A stretch of DNA of 63,098 bases, filler included, from Pelomyxa schiedti (taxonomy: Eukaryota > Protista > Evosea), in the NCBI GenBank assembly GCA_020536535.1. It is 7 parts of 7 records of this genome, joined end to end, with 100 filler letters (N's around TTAATTAATTAA, not from the genome) between each part and the next. Parts side by side here need not be neighbours in the genome. Positions count along the whole stretch, not along the records: positions 1 to 6,999 come from JAHLWZ010001382.1; positions 7,100 to 32,132 come from JAHLWZ010000621.1; 5 more parts are not named here. The stretch is one strand, 5' to 3'. A model generated the notes under the pieces. It did not search any database, was not told where the DNA came from, and saw nothing but the letters and a program-made list of their open reading frames with translations. This document shows, one piece after another, positions 1-12,146 of this stretch (within the stretch, counting starts at the first letter, position 1; each line of letters opens with the position of its first letter). A program made the translations under genes and the position numbers.

Positions 1-3000
1 GGTGGCAAGAGGACTACGGGGCCGAAAGACGCCGCGACACAGTTCCACATTCTTTTGTCTGGGATGCCAGGAGTTGCCCGGGAGAGAATAGATTCACTTC
101 CAGCCAGTCCCGCTGAACCAACAGCGCCAAAAGCAGCTACAGCAACACCAACACCAGCAGTAGCGCCGACATCGACGTCCACGGCACCATTTACTTTGGT
201 GGACAAGGCGCAGGTAATGAAGTTGCTGGATGAGTTTGACGGATGGAACAGAAGTAAGAGCAACCCCGATTTTGAGACACACGTGTCGTGGATGATTGGG
301 GGGTTGACGGAGGCCGTACGGGGTCTGGCGATGCTGCCTGGGCGCGGTTCTGTCTCTGGTAGTCACATGTTTGATAATGCCATGTTCTTGATTTGTCTGT
401 TGCTGAGACTGCTCGAGTTGTCTTCCTCTCCAGAATCGAGCTGTATCGTCTATTCTTCCTCTTTTTTTAACTGGTTTTTCTCAGGGAATATTCTATGTGC
501 AGAGAGCCGGAAAAGGAGACAGGAGAGGATCTGGTTGAAGCTGCCAGTCATCTGTGTGACTCCATTTTCCAATCTCCCTCCACTGATGAGACTATGGTTG
601 CAGCAAAAGATGATGCAATTCTAAGAGTGAGTTCTCTATTAATGTAATGTTTTTAACAGCTCATTCAGTCACTGAAAGTGCTTCAACAAGAGGATCCCTC
701 TCTTTTTGACCTCATTAGGGGCTTATTGGCTTCCAGGTGTTCAAGTACTCTTCTACAACGCACCTTTTTAACTGTATTCCTTATTCCTAATTTCTGTTTG
801 CTCACTTCCACAACAAACAGCCACAACGTGAACTTCAACTTCAAATCCTGCACTTGGCGCTGAATTTCGTCAAAGGGATCCAAGATGAGCACCAGGTTTT
901 TCTATCCCTCTTTTGTGGACCACCTTTTTTCCTTGTTTATTGTTGACAACCAGCTCCTAAATGGATGGAACAGTTTTGTTCAGGAGCAGTTCTTCCCACG
1001 AATTTCTCCCGGGCTTATTGTTGACTTCTTCAACAAGTATGTCTTGTCAATTTGTTTGTTGAACCTTCTCTCACGGGAATTCAGACCACCAGTTCTTTAC
1101 AAGCTACTCTCGTCAAAGATGCCACCACAGGTGTCACTGAGTGTGTTGCAAGGTGCTGTAAACCTCTTTAAGAGGGAACTCAGAGGTGCAGACCGGGAAA
1201 GTGCAGAGGCAACATGTGATCTTATTGTGAAAAGCGCTTATTCGATTTGTCCTGGTGGCTGGTCTATTCCCAAAGGGAACACTGATGGAACTCGGGTTTG
1301 TCTCCTCCAATCATCTTTTTTTCCTCATCTCCATCTCCCAACCCACCGTTTCTGGAACTCACCACCATTATTTATTTTTATTTAGAAACTTGGCAAGTGT
1401 TACCAGGATTTGCTCAACCTCACATGCCCTTCTCTGAGACAAGGAGAGACTGGAAATTCACAGAGGATGGGACAGTGGTGGTACTGGTTGGAGTTGGTCA
1501 CATTGGCTGCTGGTCTGGAAGATCTGTTTGTGCCTTCCAATTACGTTTCTTCATTCTCACTTCCTTCCCAGAGCACAGAACCAGTCTATCACTGCTCCTT
1601 TCTTGCAGGTTTGGTTTTTTTTGTTTTCCGTTTTCCGTTTGTTGTTTGTTGTTTGTTGTTTGTTGTTTGTTTGTTGTTCTTGGTTTTTTCTCTCTTTTTT
1701 TTTGGTTCCTTTTTCCTCCTCTTTGTTTTGCCTTTCCAGAGAGCACTACAGTATGGACTTGAGGCCATCAGATCCACATTGTCAGAAGACACTCTCAAGT
1801 TCTTTGATGCATCAGTGACCCATTTTCTTCAATTGTCACCACCTTCCTCATTTGCTGAGCTCGAACTGTAAGCTTGTTTCTTTTTTTTGCTTTCTGAAAT
1901 CTGAAAAAGAATTCCAGTGAAGTTCCTTGAACTCAAAATTCTCCAAACCATCTTGGAGAGGAATGCCCCTGTATGGGAAGCACATCAAATTGGTTGGGTG
2001 TTGGACAAATATGCTCAAATACTTGTTTCCCGACACAACTTCGATCCACAGTCTGGTGATCCCAGAGTTAAATTCCTCCCATTGCATGACTTGCTCTACA
2101 AGTCATTCAAGTGCAGTTTCATGTGAGTGTGGCCCTGACCCCTCATTTCTTTCTATTTATCAATGCAATACACACAGAAACATTGTTCCATTCATCCGGG
2201 TTTCCCTTTACTGCCCTGAATACTCAAACTTGTTTTCTTTTGAGGATGATCGTGACATCATGGTATTGAAAGACATCATGAAAGATGTGAGTTGACCCTT
2301 CCTCTTCCCACTTTTTTTTCTTTTTATCTCAAGGAAACCAGGTTGATGTGAAACCACTGTCACGGCAATTGACCAACACTGTGAGGTCATTGCTCCAGGC
2401 TGAAATGGAAAAACTTGACCAATGTCAGTCACCACTGTTCCTTCTCATGCTCAAGACTTTTGGTATCTCCTCATCACTTGGTGAATTCCCCTTTTTTCTC
2501 ACTTTTTTTTGTTCCAGCTTCTCTTGTTGTCAGGTATATTGCCCTGTTGTCACCCCCACAGCACAACTTTTTTTTCTTTTTCTTCAAATGCCAATTCTTG
2601 AACAGTGCCCAAACACCACCAGGCAAGTCGATCTCAGCACAGCTTTGTGCACTTGGAGGATGGCTCGAACGACACCTCCCCAACCTCTCAAAACGGGAGA
2701 GAGAGAGCTCTTTTATCATTGCAGTTTTGAACGAAAGTGTGTGCCCAAGGTGCATGATGGCAGTTGAGGAAGTCATGAAGCTCACCCCAGCCGTTCTTTC
2801 CTTGTTGCGATTCAGGGACTTGCATTTGGATCACCCATTTTTCGGAAACTATGAAACAGGCTGTCAACAAGTGAGATTAACTTTACATCTTTTGTGCCTT
2901 ACCACAAGCCTCTGAACAACCAAAAAAACAGTTGTGTGACACCATCAGAGAACAAGTTGACAGGATCTGTGACAATCGAGTCACGCTTCAAGAAGTCAAA

Positions 3001-6000
3001 GCTTTTGCTGGTGACCAACTGTATGTGTCCTCACCATTTGCCTAAATTTCAATTCCTCTTATCGTATTGCTATGTAGACTTAAAACAGTGACACCAAGCA
3101 ACACAGTCTCAGAAACGGCAGTGCCACCAAGAAAGGAACCCACAGTTGAGAGCGCACAATACCTGCAATTTGTTGAAATCTGCAAAATGTTGTTCCCACA
3201 TGTCAAATTGCCAGACATGGGACAAGTTTACAAGTGCTTCCTGAATACCAAAGAGTACCTTCACCACCTGGAGATTGTGCGGGATTGGCTTGAACAAAAA
3301 GGAAGGGTCCATCTCAGAGCTGTGGGATTTGATGTCAATGTACCGCGAAAATCATTCCCTCTGTCTCCCCTTTGCTCACCACAAAAAAAAAAAAAAAACC
3401 ACAGAGAGAAACCGGCACGTTGTGCGATATGGAGCAGTGCTGCAAAGAGTTTCGCAGGTCAATTCCCATGCGAGAAATGACATTTCATGCCGTATTTCTC
3501 CCCTCCCTCCTTTTCTTTGGTGCTGTCTTTTCTCACTTGGAAACTCCCCAAAACAGTTGAAATACTTCTTGGTCAACAGCAGTGCTTTCTTTGAGGTTTA
3601 CTTCTTGGACTACACAAAGAAGCACCATGTACCTCTGCCCCCACCCCCCTCACCTCCCCCCTTTTTGTTTTTTTACCTGCTGCGACCTGTTAATACAGGG
3701 AGAGAAGGAGGTTCCACCTGGCGATATTGATGAAATTGTTGATAACGTTGTCCGTGACTTGCAGCAACTTACCGATGGCACACTGTGGCTCAGGCAGGTT
3801 CGTGGGATTGACAAACAAATAAACTGAACACTAATAATCAAACCAGATAAAAGACTTGCACGTCGCAGCCGAGAAGAACAAAGGAAGCACCGAGGAGACC
3901 CAAATTATGTGTGTCACTCTTTTCCACCCTGAAGCAAAATTTAACACACGCCATCAGAGATGGGTTCTTCTCAGTGAAGGATAACACCTTGCTGCATAAT
4001 TACCCATCTTTCATACAAGAAGGACTTGCTCTCATGCAATACCTGGAATGCATTCCCGCTGTTGTGTACTGTTGCAAGCAATTTAATTTGTACATTAAAA
4101 CAGCTGGTGAACTTTCAGAGTTACATCACTCCCTCACAACATCCCAAGTGTCACTCAGACTTTTCAGACAACAGCTTGACAATGTAAAGAAACAGGTTAG
4201 TCTTTTGATAGAGCAATACCCTGTTCACCTCTTCAGTTTGAGGATATTCTCCCTCATTTACCACTGGACGAAAAAACGAGAGTTTCTGAAGAGGGGGCAC
4301 TGACACAGCAAAAATCGCCACTGAATGAAGAAAGTCAACTCGAGACAGAACTAGTGGATCCCTCTACAGAAAGTCACCACCAATTAAGTATACAAAAGCA
4401 GCAATCTCCCAGTCTCATATATGAAAGACAAGTTGCACTTACTCAACTCAAGGCTGTGCTTGATATGGAGAAGAAAAATGCACTTGAGCAACAAAAAGGC
4501 GCACTAGAAGCCGAAAAGGAAACATCATTACACAAACAAAGAAGGGCACTAGAGGTAGAAATGCAACAAGCCTTGAGGCAGCAAGCTTTAGCCCTCAGCA
4601 GTGAAAACCAGGCCGCCCTGAGGAAGCAAGAGGCGGTGCTGACGACTGATAAGCACAAGGCTCTTGAACAACAAAAAAAAGCACTTGAACTTGAAAAAGA
4701 ATCAACACTACAGCAGGAAAGAGAGGCACATGAGAAGAATTACAGTGTACTCCAACAGGAATCGGCACTTATCACCAAAAAGAATGATTCACTCAATACG
4801 CAAAAGAGTGCACTTGAACACGCCTACACCCTTTCAATGGCTTCTGACCTGGAAACAGTTCTCTGTGGGTTCAAGAAAGGAGTGATGGCATTGGTGGAAG
4901 TAAACGATCTCGATCTGACAAGAGCAACCTTCATTGCCAACGGGTCGTTCGGAACTGTGTGCAAAGTTCCTGTTGCATTCCCAAAGTGGTCGAGTGTCAG
5001 TAGGGGAGCACGCAGTGCGCCAACTGAGGTTGCATTGAAAATGATGTTCAACTACAGTGCTGGAATGAGGACCCTTCAATTGAGAACCGAGTTTGAAAGG
5101 GAATATGAAGTTGCAGTGATGCACCCACATTGGTGCTTCACAAATGTCTTCAACCATTTCCGTGGTGACACTTCACTCTCACTCATCAAGGAGAGCTTGA
5201 GAGGTGACTACACAATCGTTGATGGAAACCGAAATTGGGTATCAGGGTGCCGTGAGGGTCAGAGAGCAATTACAGTTTACCAGCGGACCGCATTCATGAC
5301 AATGGAACTGGGAAGGTGCACCCTGGAATCCATCATTTTTCCTCGGATCAGTAACGGGGAGCCACTACATCCCGAAGTGTCACACACACAAGCACAGCCT
5401 TTGTCTCTTCAGAACCAGGCCCCACCACTTCGCCTCACAAAGGATTTGCTCCAGCTCGCATTTTGCGTGCTGTGTGCGGTTGATCACCTCAACACACGAG
5501 GGTGGTTCCACTGTGACATCAAGCCCGACAACATCCTGCTGATGGAGAGGCCACACATCAAAGGAAACATCTGGGCTCTCTGCGACCTCGGAACTGCCGT
5601 GTTCTGCGAAGGCGGGAACCCTCTGGTTTTGCCCAAGGGCGAAACATTCACTGGGAATGCTCAAAACCGGTCACCTGAAGTGATGCAAGCAGAACGAGAA
5701 TTCCCACTTCTCAAGAACGACGTGTGGGCTGTCGGCTGCGTTCTCTTTGAAGCCGTTTCCGGCCGGCATCCATTCACCAATGAGAACCAGGTGAACAGCA
5801 ACCTTATCCGAGATACCACACTCCCTCCCGTCATCCCAGACTGCTCCTCCCTCACGCACGAACCTCACCCCGATCCCACAATCTCGCCCGCTTTGGTCTC
5901 TGGGCTTGTTGGTTGGCTCCTTGAGCGGGAACCCAACAGTCGGCCCACCTCACGCGTGGCGTTCCTCGCTTGCGGAGCTCTCCTGTCACTCCCACACCAG

Positions 6001-6429
6001 GTCATCACCACATTCGTCACCCACATCCAACAACAACAGCGGGCACAGAATCCATCACCTCCGACTTCGGCCCAGTCTGCCACCACACCCAGCACACCGC
6101 AGCCAGACCAGCCAACAACCCCAGCAACAACAGCAACTGGACAGCCAGTCCGTGAGGACCTGCCCACCACCATCCAACAAGCACTTCTGGAGGTGCAAAA
6201 GCGGACTGTGACAGATGTCTTCCAGCACAACGGGTTGCGGTTCGGCACAGACGTTGTTCCCTCAGTGACATCACCCACATTCGAACCACTTCAAGCCACA
6301 GTGAATGAAGTGATGAGGCTTGTTTATTGCAACATGGCACTGCGTGACGTGCCTGCTGCTGCTCGTGCTTTGATCTCATTCCTCGATGCTGCCTCCTCTC
6401 CCCGTTACAACCTCGATATTCTCTCCTAA
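1..6429 (+). CDS. 5'-truncated multi-exon gene: helical N-terminal region, coiled coil and PINK1-like Ser/Thr protein kinase
   Basis: Many short GT-AG introns from 359 to 4236. The final exon 4237-6429 (FEDILPHLPL... in frame with ORF 4354..6429) encodes a coiled coil and then kinase motifs GSFGTV, ALKMMFNY, HCDIKPDN, DLG, GNAQNRSPE and KNDVWAVG, ending at TAA 6427-6429. Upstream exon boundaries are approximate. Confidence 0.8.
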
Positions 6430-6999
6430 AAGCTTAAAATATTGGAGTTTCAGTGTAAAATGTTTTATTCAAAAACTTTCCGTAGTTCGCGAACAAAATC
6501 TTGTTGAATGAGCAACTAACAGTGCCAGGGGAGATATCTTAGTGCATCGATCTCATGGGTGATGTATTGAGTTCGAGGAGTTGCTCGGGCAAGTTGAGCC
6601 TTGTCGAGAATTACCGCTTTGAATACCGGCATTGTAAGTGTCGCCAAGGAGTTGTGTTGGTTGGAGGTGTCCTGGTGGAGGGAGAACAGAATCCACCGAA
6701 GAAACGGAGAGGAGCCTGCTGCCGGAGGCATCGAACATTTAGGAAATGCGGGCACAGTCCAGCCACTGACCTGGCGTCCCTACCAACATTGTAGTATTGT
6801 CTCCTGAGAAGATAGCCACTGATGTATTGATTGTTGTGTTATCAATTGGGAAAATTTGTACAGCCAAGCTTGTAGTCCAGTTATTTGCAGTTGAGGTAAT
6901 AAAACAAAAAACCAAGAAAATATTTAATATTTATTGGCGGGTAATTAGTAATGGTAATCCCAAAGGGAAATGAAGTCTAAGAGAGTAAAAGAGAGGTAA

Positions 7000-7099
7000 N
7001 NNNNNNNNNNNNNNNNNNNNNNNNNNNNNNNNNNNNNNNNNNNTTAATTAATTAANNNNNNNNNNNNNNNNNNNNNNNNNNNNNNNNNNNNNNNNNNNN
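7000..7099. other. Artificial contig linker (N44-TTAATTAATTAA-N44)
   Basis: The same six-frame-stop linker recurs at 32133-32232, 35144-35243, 37068-37167, 53356-53455 and 57073-57172. Confidence 0.95.
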
Positions 7100-9108
7100 T
7101 GGTTGGCCTTGATTTGAGAGTATTGCAGGTTGAACTTCTGAATCACCCACTTGACAACCTTGCTGGAGTATGGATGGAATGACTCTGATGTAAGGCAGTG
7201 TCCAAAAAAATTGGGTGTCATAAGTGTGGAACACTCCTGGGGACACAAAACATCAAAATCTGAACACAGGTGCTGGAAACCCCTCAGGTGAAGTTTCATG
7301 AACCCAATCACAATCTCCTTGAAATCACCTTGCCCAATGCCTCGTACAACTGCAGGGAATGTATCCAACAGCAGGGCAACTGAATTCACACAATTGAGGG
7401 CTTGTGAAATGGCCTTGTGAATGCAACTCATGCTTATCCCTGAATGATCCGGTGCTGAGAGATGCTGAAGGAACCACTCCAATCCCACCACAGAGTCTCT
7501 GTAATCACCAGACTCTGTGCAAAGCTGAATCAAGCAGTTTTCAGAAACCTCTGTGTTGGAATTTACAGCCTGCATAACGTGGAAGGTCTCATTCAACCAC
7601 TCTGCAACTTCAATGTTGCCCCAACTGAGCGCAAACACAAGTGATTTGATGATGTCACTTTGGGAGAGTGTGACCCTCGTTGACAACCACCTGGCAAGTG
7701 TGGATCCCCTTGAACATGCTGATGCAAAGGTTGCTGCTGTTGGTCTGAAATTATGCTCTGTGACAAGCCACTGGGCGAGTTCCACATCCCCAGTACTTAC
7801 GCAAACACGATTGAGCACAGCATTATCATGTGGAAGGGTGGGTAACACAGTGAGCAACCACTTGACAACCTCTGGATTGCGCACATCTTGCAGGATGTCA
7901 GTCTCACCATTTTCCTGAAGGAAATCTTGCACCAACGGCCATTGGCAATCTTCCACCGTGCTGTGCTTGTTTGACAGGAGGTAAAATATCAGGCGACTCC
8001 GTTCAAAGGAGCACAATGGGAAGCCGGAAAGGAACCACTTCACATTGCCAGGGTGTGGTCCACATGCACACGAGTTGCAAAGATCGGAAAGCGCCGTTTG
8101 GTGTTTCCCAAGCTCAAACCTCTCAAACAGCCACCTCACAACTTCCATGTTCCCATCATACAGACAGCTCCGAATGGGCTCATACAACAACCACGGTGCT
8201 TCTTTGGTCTCAACGCCAAGCACGCCCACGAGCCACCTGACACCATCAACACTCCCAGAGCTGCACACACTCTGCCCCAAGTGCAAATTCCCACTCTCTC
8301 TCATGTGTTCAATCACTTTCTCCCTCAGCCCAGCAACCCCCCCATTCACCGGGTGATCACTCCCATTCTCAGTGTGACAGGCATTTTCCCATGATACTAT
8401 GCGGTGCCCATCCCACAATCGCGGCAGCGTGCAACCGGTGTTGTTGGTGGTGCTGGTGCCGCACCCTATGGACTCGGGATGGTTGACATCACCAAACAGG
8501 GAGGTGGCCAGTCCCACGTGGCCACCCATCAGCAACCCTGCCAGGGTCGCACTCACTTCCTTCACAACAACACCAAAATCAACAGCATCAACACGCCTGC
8601 TATCGGAATCCCTCTCACCCCCCTGTGACCCTGCCCTCTTTGGGGAAGCCGCAAGAACTACTTTCGCATCTGGTGCCCCACGACCCACGTAAGCCACATC
8701 CATTGGGAACGACAGCTCCCTGATGTCGTTGCCGATCCTCCCGCGCACGTGCCTGTTGTTGAGGATCCACGCCACGCACGACGGTGCCGGAATGGAAGCT
8801 GCGGTGGCGATGGCGCAGTAGCTCCCGATGTAGGCGCCCCATCGTGGGTCGAACGCGAGGACCCTGCGGCACACGAGCCCCACGATGGGGAACATCGCCT
8901 CGGCTGCTCGGAACAGGTCCCACTGCCGGCACCCGTTGGTTCCGCACTTGATGTTCCCTCGCGAATCCCTGGGCCCGTCGAGCCACCCTGGCGACACAAC
9001 GTTGTCCCAAACAACTCGTGACACCGCGAGAACCCTGTCGATGTTGGTGTTGTTGGTATCATCGTCGGTTCGTTGTTGTGGTGCTGGGGGCGCGTGGTTG
9101 TTCGCCAT
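7100..9108 (-). CDS. Family A helical/ankyrin-like repeat protein, copy A1 (3' end lost at the contig edge)
   Basis: Long ORF with repeated G(N/D)x(E/D)(V/L)(V/A)xWL motifs (GSVDGVRWL, GNMEVVRWL, GDVELAQWL, GNIEVAEWL). Nearly identical to 15204-17629. Confidence 0.75.
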
Positions 9109-9148
9109 CGTTCGTTTTTGGAGCCTTTCCTTGAATTATTAATAAGAT

Positions 9149-9239
9149 TGGTTGAATAAAATAATCAACAGACCGGAACGCTGTACTTTTCGTTATCGTC
9201 GCTCAGGATCGGTGGTCTGGTGTTTTTTTTATTCAGCCA
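9149..9239. mobile_element. 91-bp MITE-like element with about 26-bp imperfect terminal inverted repeats
   Basis: Reads TGGTTGAATAAAATAATCAACAGACC ... GGTCTGGTGTTTTTTTTATTCAGCCA and is flanked by GAT on both sides. It is absent from the paralogous site at 17667-17669, which has a single GAT. Confidence 0.7.
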
Positions 9240-9613
9240 GATATCTTGGTAGAGGGCATCGCACGTAACCTTCCAATGGGAACGAGAGTGTTTAAGTCCG
9301 AGTGTATATCTTTTCAAAAAAAAGAAAAGTGGGGATGGATTGTGCCCCTTTTGTCCGTGTTTGTTTATACACTGGGTATAAAAATCAAAGGCTTTTCCCT
9401 CAAAGCGCCAAAAACCCCAGGGTAAAGGATCTGGCTTATAAGCAACGCACACTTTCACAACACCTCCAAAATAAACACTTGGTTTCCTCTTTATCTCGCT
9501 TCAGTACGAACACGTCCGTCACTCCCTGTCAGTACTCTCACACTGTGCAAGATATTTCTCTATTTTTTTCGTTTTTAGCAAAGGTATACACCCAGACCTT
9601 AAAGAACTGAGAC

Positions 9614-9841
9614 TTAACTCAAAGGCATGCCAAGCCACAACTTGACAGAAACTTCAAAGGTGTGTCTGGACTGTGCAGTCACATACTCACGGAATTCGTC
9701 AATTGTGAGGCCAAACGAGCTGATGATGTGGGTTGCAACGTGAGGAGAACGTGACACGAGTGGCATCAAGTGCTTGCGTATCAGAGAACGGTCAATTGAG
9801 GGACCATAGCGATCCAGAATCATGTGCCAACCTGTGAGGTC
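9614..9841 (-). CDS. 3' end of a family A gene (cut by a scaffold gap)
   Basis: DLTGWHMILDRYG...VKLWLGMPLS* is nearly identical to the 3' end of 18042-20528. Confidence 0.75.
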   Translation of the reverse strand, partial: DLTGWHMILDRYGPSIDRSLIRKHLMPLVSRSPHVATHIISSFGLTIDEFREYVTAQSRHTFEVSVKLWLGMPLS

Positions 9842-9941
9842 NNNNNNNNNNNNNNNNNNNNNNNNNNNNNNNNNNNNNNNNNNNNNNNNNNNNNNNNNNN
9901 NNNNNNNNNNNNNNNNNNNNNNNNNNNNNNNNNNNNNNNNN

Positions 9942-10477
9942 TGAGAAGAAGATGAAGAAGAACATAAGGTGGTGCCCAGTGAGCTGTCAAGAACAAAGAA
10001 CCGGGAGACTTCGGAATCGCGGGACGCACAGAGGAACCTGTCGGGGCCGAGGCACCCCCTGATGGCCAGCCTCCCGACGGTCAGCTTGTCGGTTGCGCAC
10101 ATGCGCCACCGCACGACCCCCATTGTGGGAGACACCCCCGCGAACACGTGCACGTCGCCCGTTTCCGGGGCGCGGCCGCCCACGCGGTCGCCCACGGACT
10201 CGCCCGCGGGGCTCACCAGCCCCGCCAGGAGCTGCAGCTTGAGGGTGAAGCCCAAGTGGCGGGAGACCGAGAGCACCCACCGCCGGCCGATCTCGGCCAC
10301 CACGTCGGGCGGCAGCACGACCGCCGGGGCGGCGCGGCGGTCGTCGGCGGGGCGGCGGCCCGGCGAGGGGGGACAGAAGGAGGGAGCGGCGAGGGCGATG
10401 AACTGGTCGCGGGCCATCACTGCCACCACCTCCATGCCGATGCGGGGCATCATCACGGGACTGCTGCTTGCGTCCAT
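9942..10477 (-). CDS. 5' part of an ARDQF-box family protein (cut by a gap)
   Basis: ATG at 10477 (MDASSSPVMMPRIG...MARDQFIALAAP...LPPDVVAEIGRRW...VSPTMGVV). Paralog of 10710-12111. Confidence 0.7.
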
Positions 10478-10709
10478 TGATGAGCGAAACGATTTTTTTT
10501 TTTTTCTTGTCCGAGGAGTAGCAGATGAGATGTAGGTGATGCACCCAACCAGGACATCAAGAATCCCAGCTGGATCTGTGCTGAAAATGATGAGTGGTCC
10601 GTCGTCACCAGTGTCTTTGTTTTTGCTTGTGCGGCTTCGGTTGTAGTGCTGTGAGAACAGCTGTGTGTCGACGAGTTGCGGCCACTGACGGAGGAGGAGG
10701 ACGGGGTGG

Positions 10710-12111
10710 TCAGTGTTTGGATTTGGTTGGACCCGGTGGTGGTTGTGGAATTGTGATGATTGCAAGGCGGGTTCCTGTGGCAACATCAACGAGTGCCACT
10801 CTGTGTGGATCATGTTGCGGTTCCCGTTGTTGAGGAGGGAGTGATGTTGTAGCCGCAGTTGCATTACTCCTTCCGGTGTTATTGCCTGTTTGTTCAATCA
10901 ACACAGGAAGTATTCCAGTTCTGCCGCTGAGTGGCTTGTTGCATGAACGCTCTGCATCACAGGCGTGAACAGAGGTCATGATTGGAGTGTTCAGGTTTGA
11001 CAAGTGGTATACCGATGCGCCGGAACTTCCGGCAACGCAGAAGTGCTCTGGCCCGATGATGTACCTGAAAGGCCAGTTGATGAATTTGTGTATTTGGCCC
11101 GGTTCCGCAGTTGCAGTATTCTTGGCCGCCATGCGGAGCTTGTTAGAGTGCACCGTGAAGATAGTGCTTGGTTCCAGGAACATACAGGACCGGCACTGCG
11201 TCACTATCTCATTTAAGACGGCCAGCTTTCTCAGTGTGTGGGTTAGCTCCAGGTCAACGAGTAACACACGGTCACTGCAGCATAAAAGCACTGTGTTCCC
11301 GGTTTCGCTGCAGAAAACGGCCTTGCGAAGATCGTCAACAGTATTGAAACCCAGACAGCCGGCGGCAAAAACCAACCTTCAAAGCGCCGCCAACAACCGG
11401 CATGGTCATCAGCCCACCATCCCCAAGTGCCACAACCCACCTCGTGTTGCAGTACGCCCGCCTGGATATGCCCCCCATATCACTGAAGCACCCAAGTTCA
11501 GGGCCACTTCTCCCTATCCACTCAGTCCTCAAACGAAATGTACTGAGAGTAGTAGCAGTAGTAGTAGCAGCAGCAGCAGCAGTAGCGCTGGAAGAAGAAG
11601 AAGAAGAGGATAAGGTGGTGCCCAGTGAGCTGTCAACAACGAAGAACCGGCACCGGGGCGGCCAATCGTAAGAAGCACAGAGGAACCTGTCGGGGCCGAG
11701 GCACCCCCTGATGGTCAGCCTCCCGACGGTCAGCTGGTCGGTTGAGCACATGCGCCACCGCACGACCCCCATTGTGGGAGACACCGCCGCGAACACGTGC
11801 ACGTCGTCGCGCTGGCCCTCGCCCTTGCCCGCCCCGCGGCCGCCTCCGGTGCGCCCCCCCGCGCCCACGCACCCCCCCGTGGAGTTGACCAGCGCCGCGA
11901 GGACTCGGAGCCTGAGGGTGAGGCCGACGTGGCGGGTGGCAGGGAGCACCCACCGCCGGCCGATCTCGGCCACCACGTCGGGCGGCAGCACCGCGCGGCG
12001 GGGGGGCGAGGGAGGACTGAAGGAGGGAGCGGCGAGTGCAATGAACTGGTCGCGGGCCATCGCTGTCGCCTCCATGCCAATGCGGGGCATCACGGGTCCG
12101 CTCCTGTGCAT
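10710..12111 (-). pseudogene. ARDQF-box / predicted beta-propeller family gene with an apparent frameshift near 11340-11375
   Basis: ORF 11335..12111 (ARDQFIAL...IGRRW, VSPTMG, CNTRWVV) continues in another frame as ORF 10710..11375 (VLLVDLE...VALVDVATG). A sequencing error is possible. Confidence 0.55.
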
Positions 12112-12146
12112 CGATCCAAACGTGATCCACTACAGCAAAGAAATTT

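Noticed and set aside
6516-6999. Possible 3' exons of a minus-strand gene
   Set aside because: I could not establish a frame or any recognisable motif.
7044-7055. Recurrent palindromic TTAATTAATTAA between N runs (six times)
   Set aside because: It is an artificial six-frame-stop contig spacer centred in exactly 100 positions. Genes on either side should not be treated as neighbours.
9614-10897. 427-aa ORF suggesting a fusion of an ARDQF-box protein with a family A tail
   Set aside because: The ORF runs through a 100-N gap and joins pieces of different genes.
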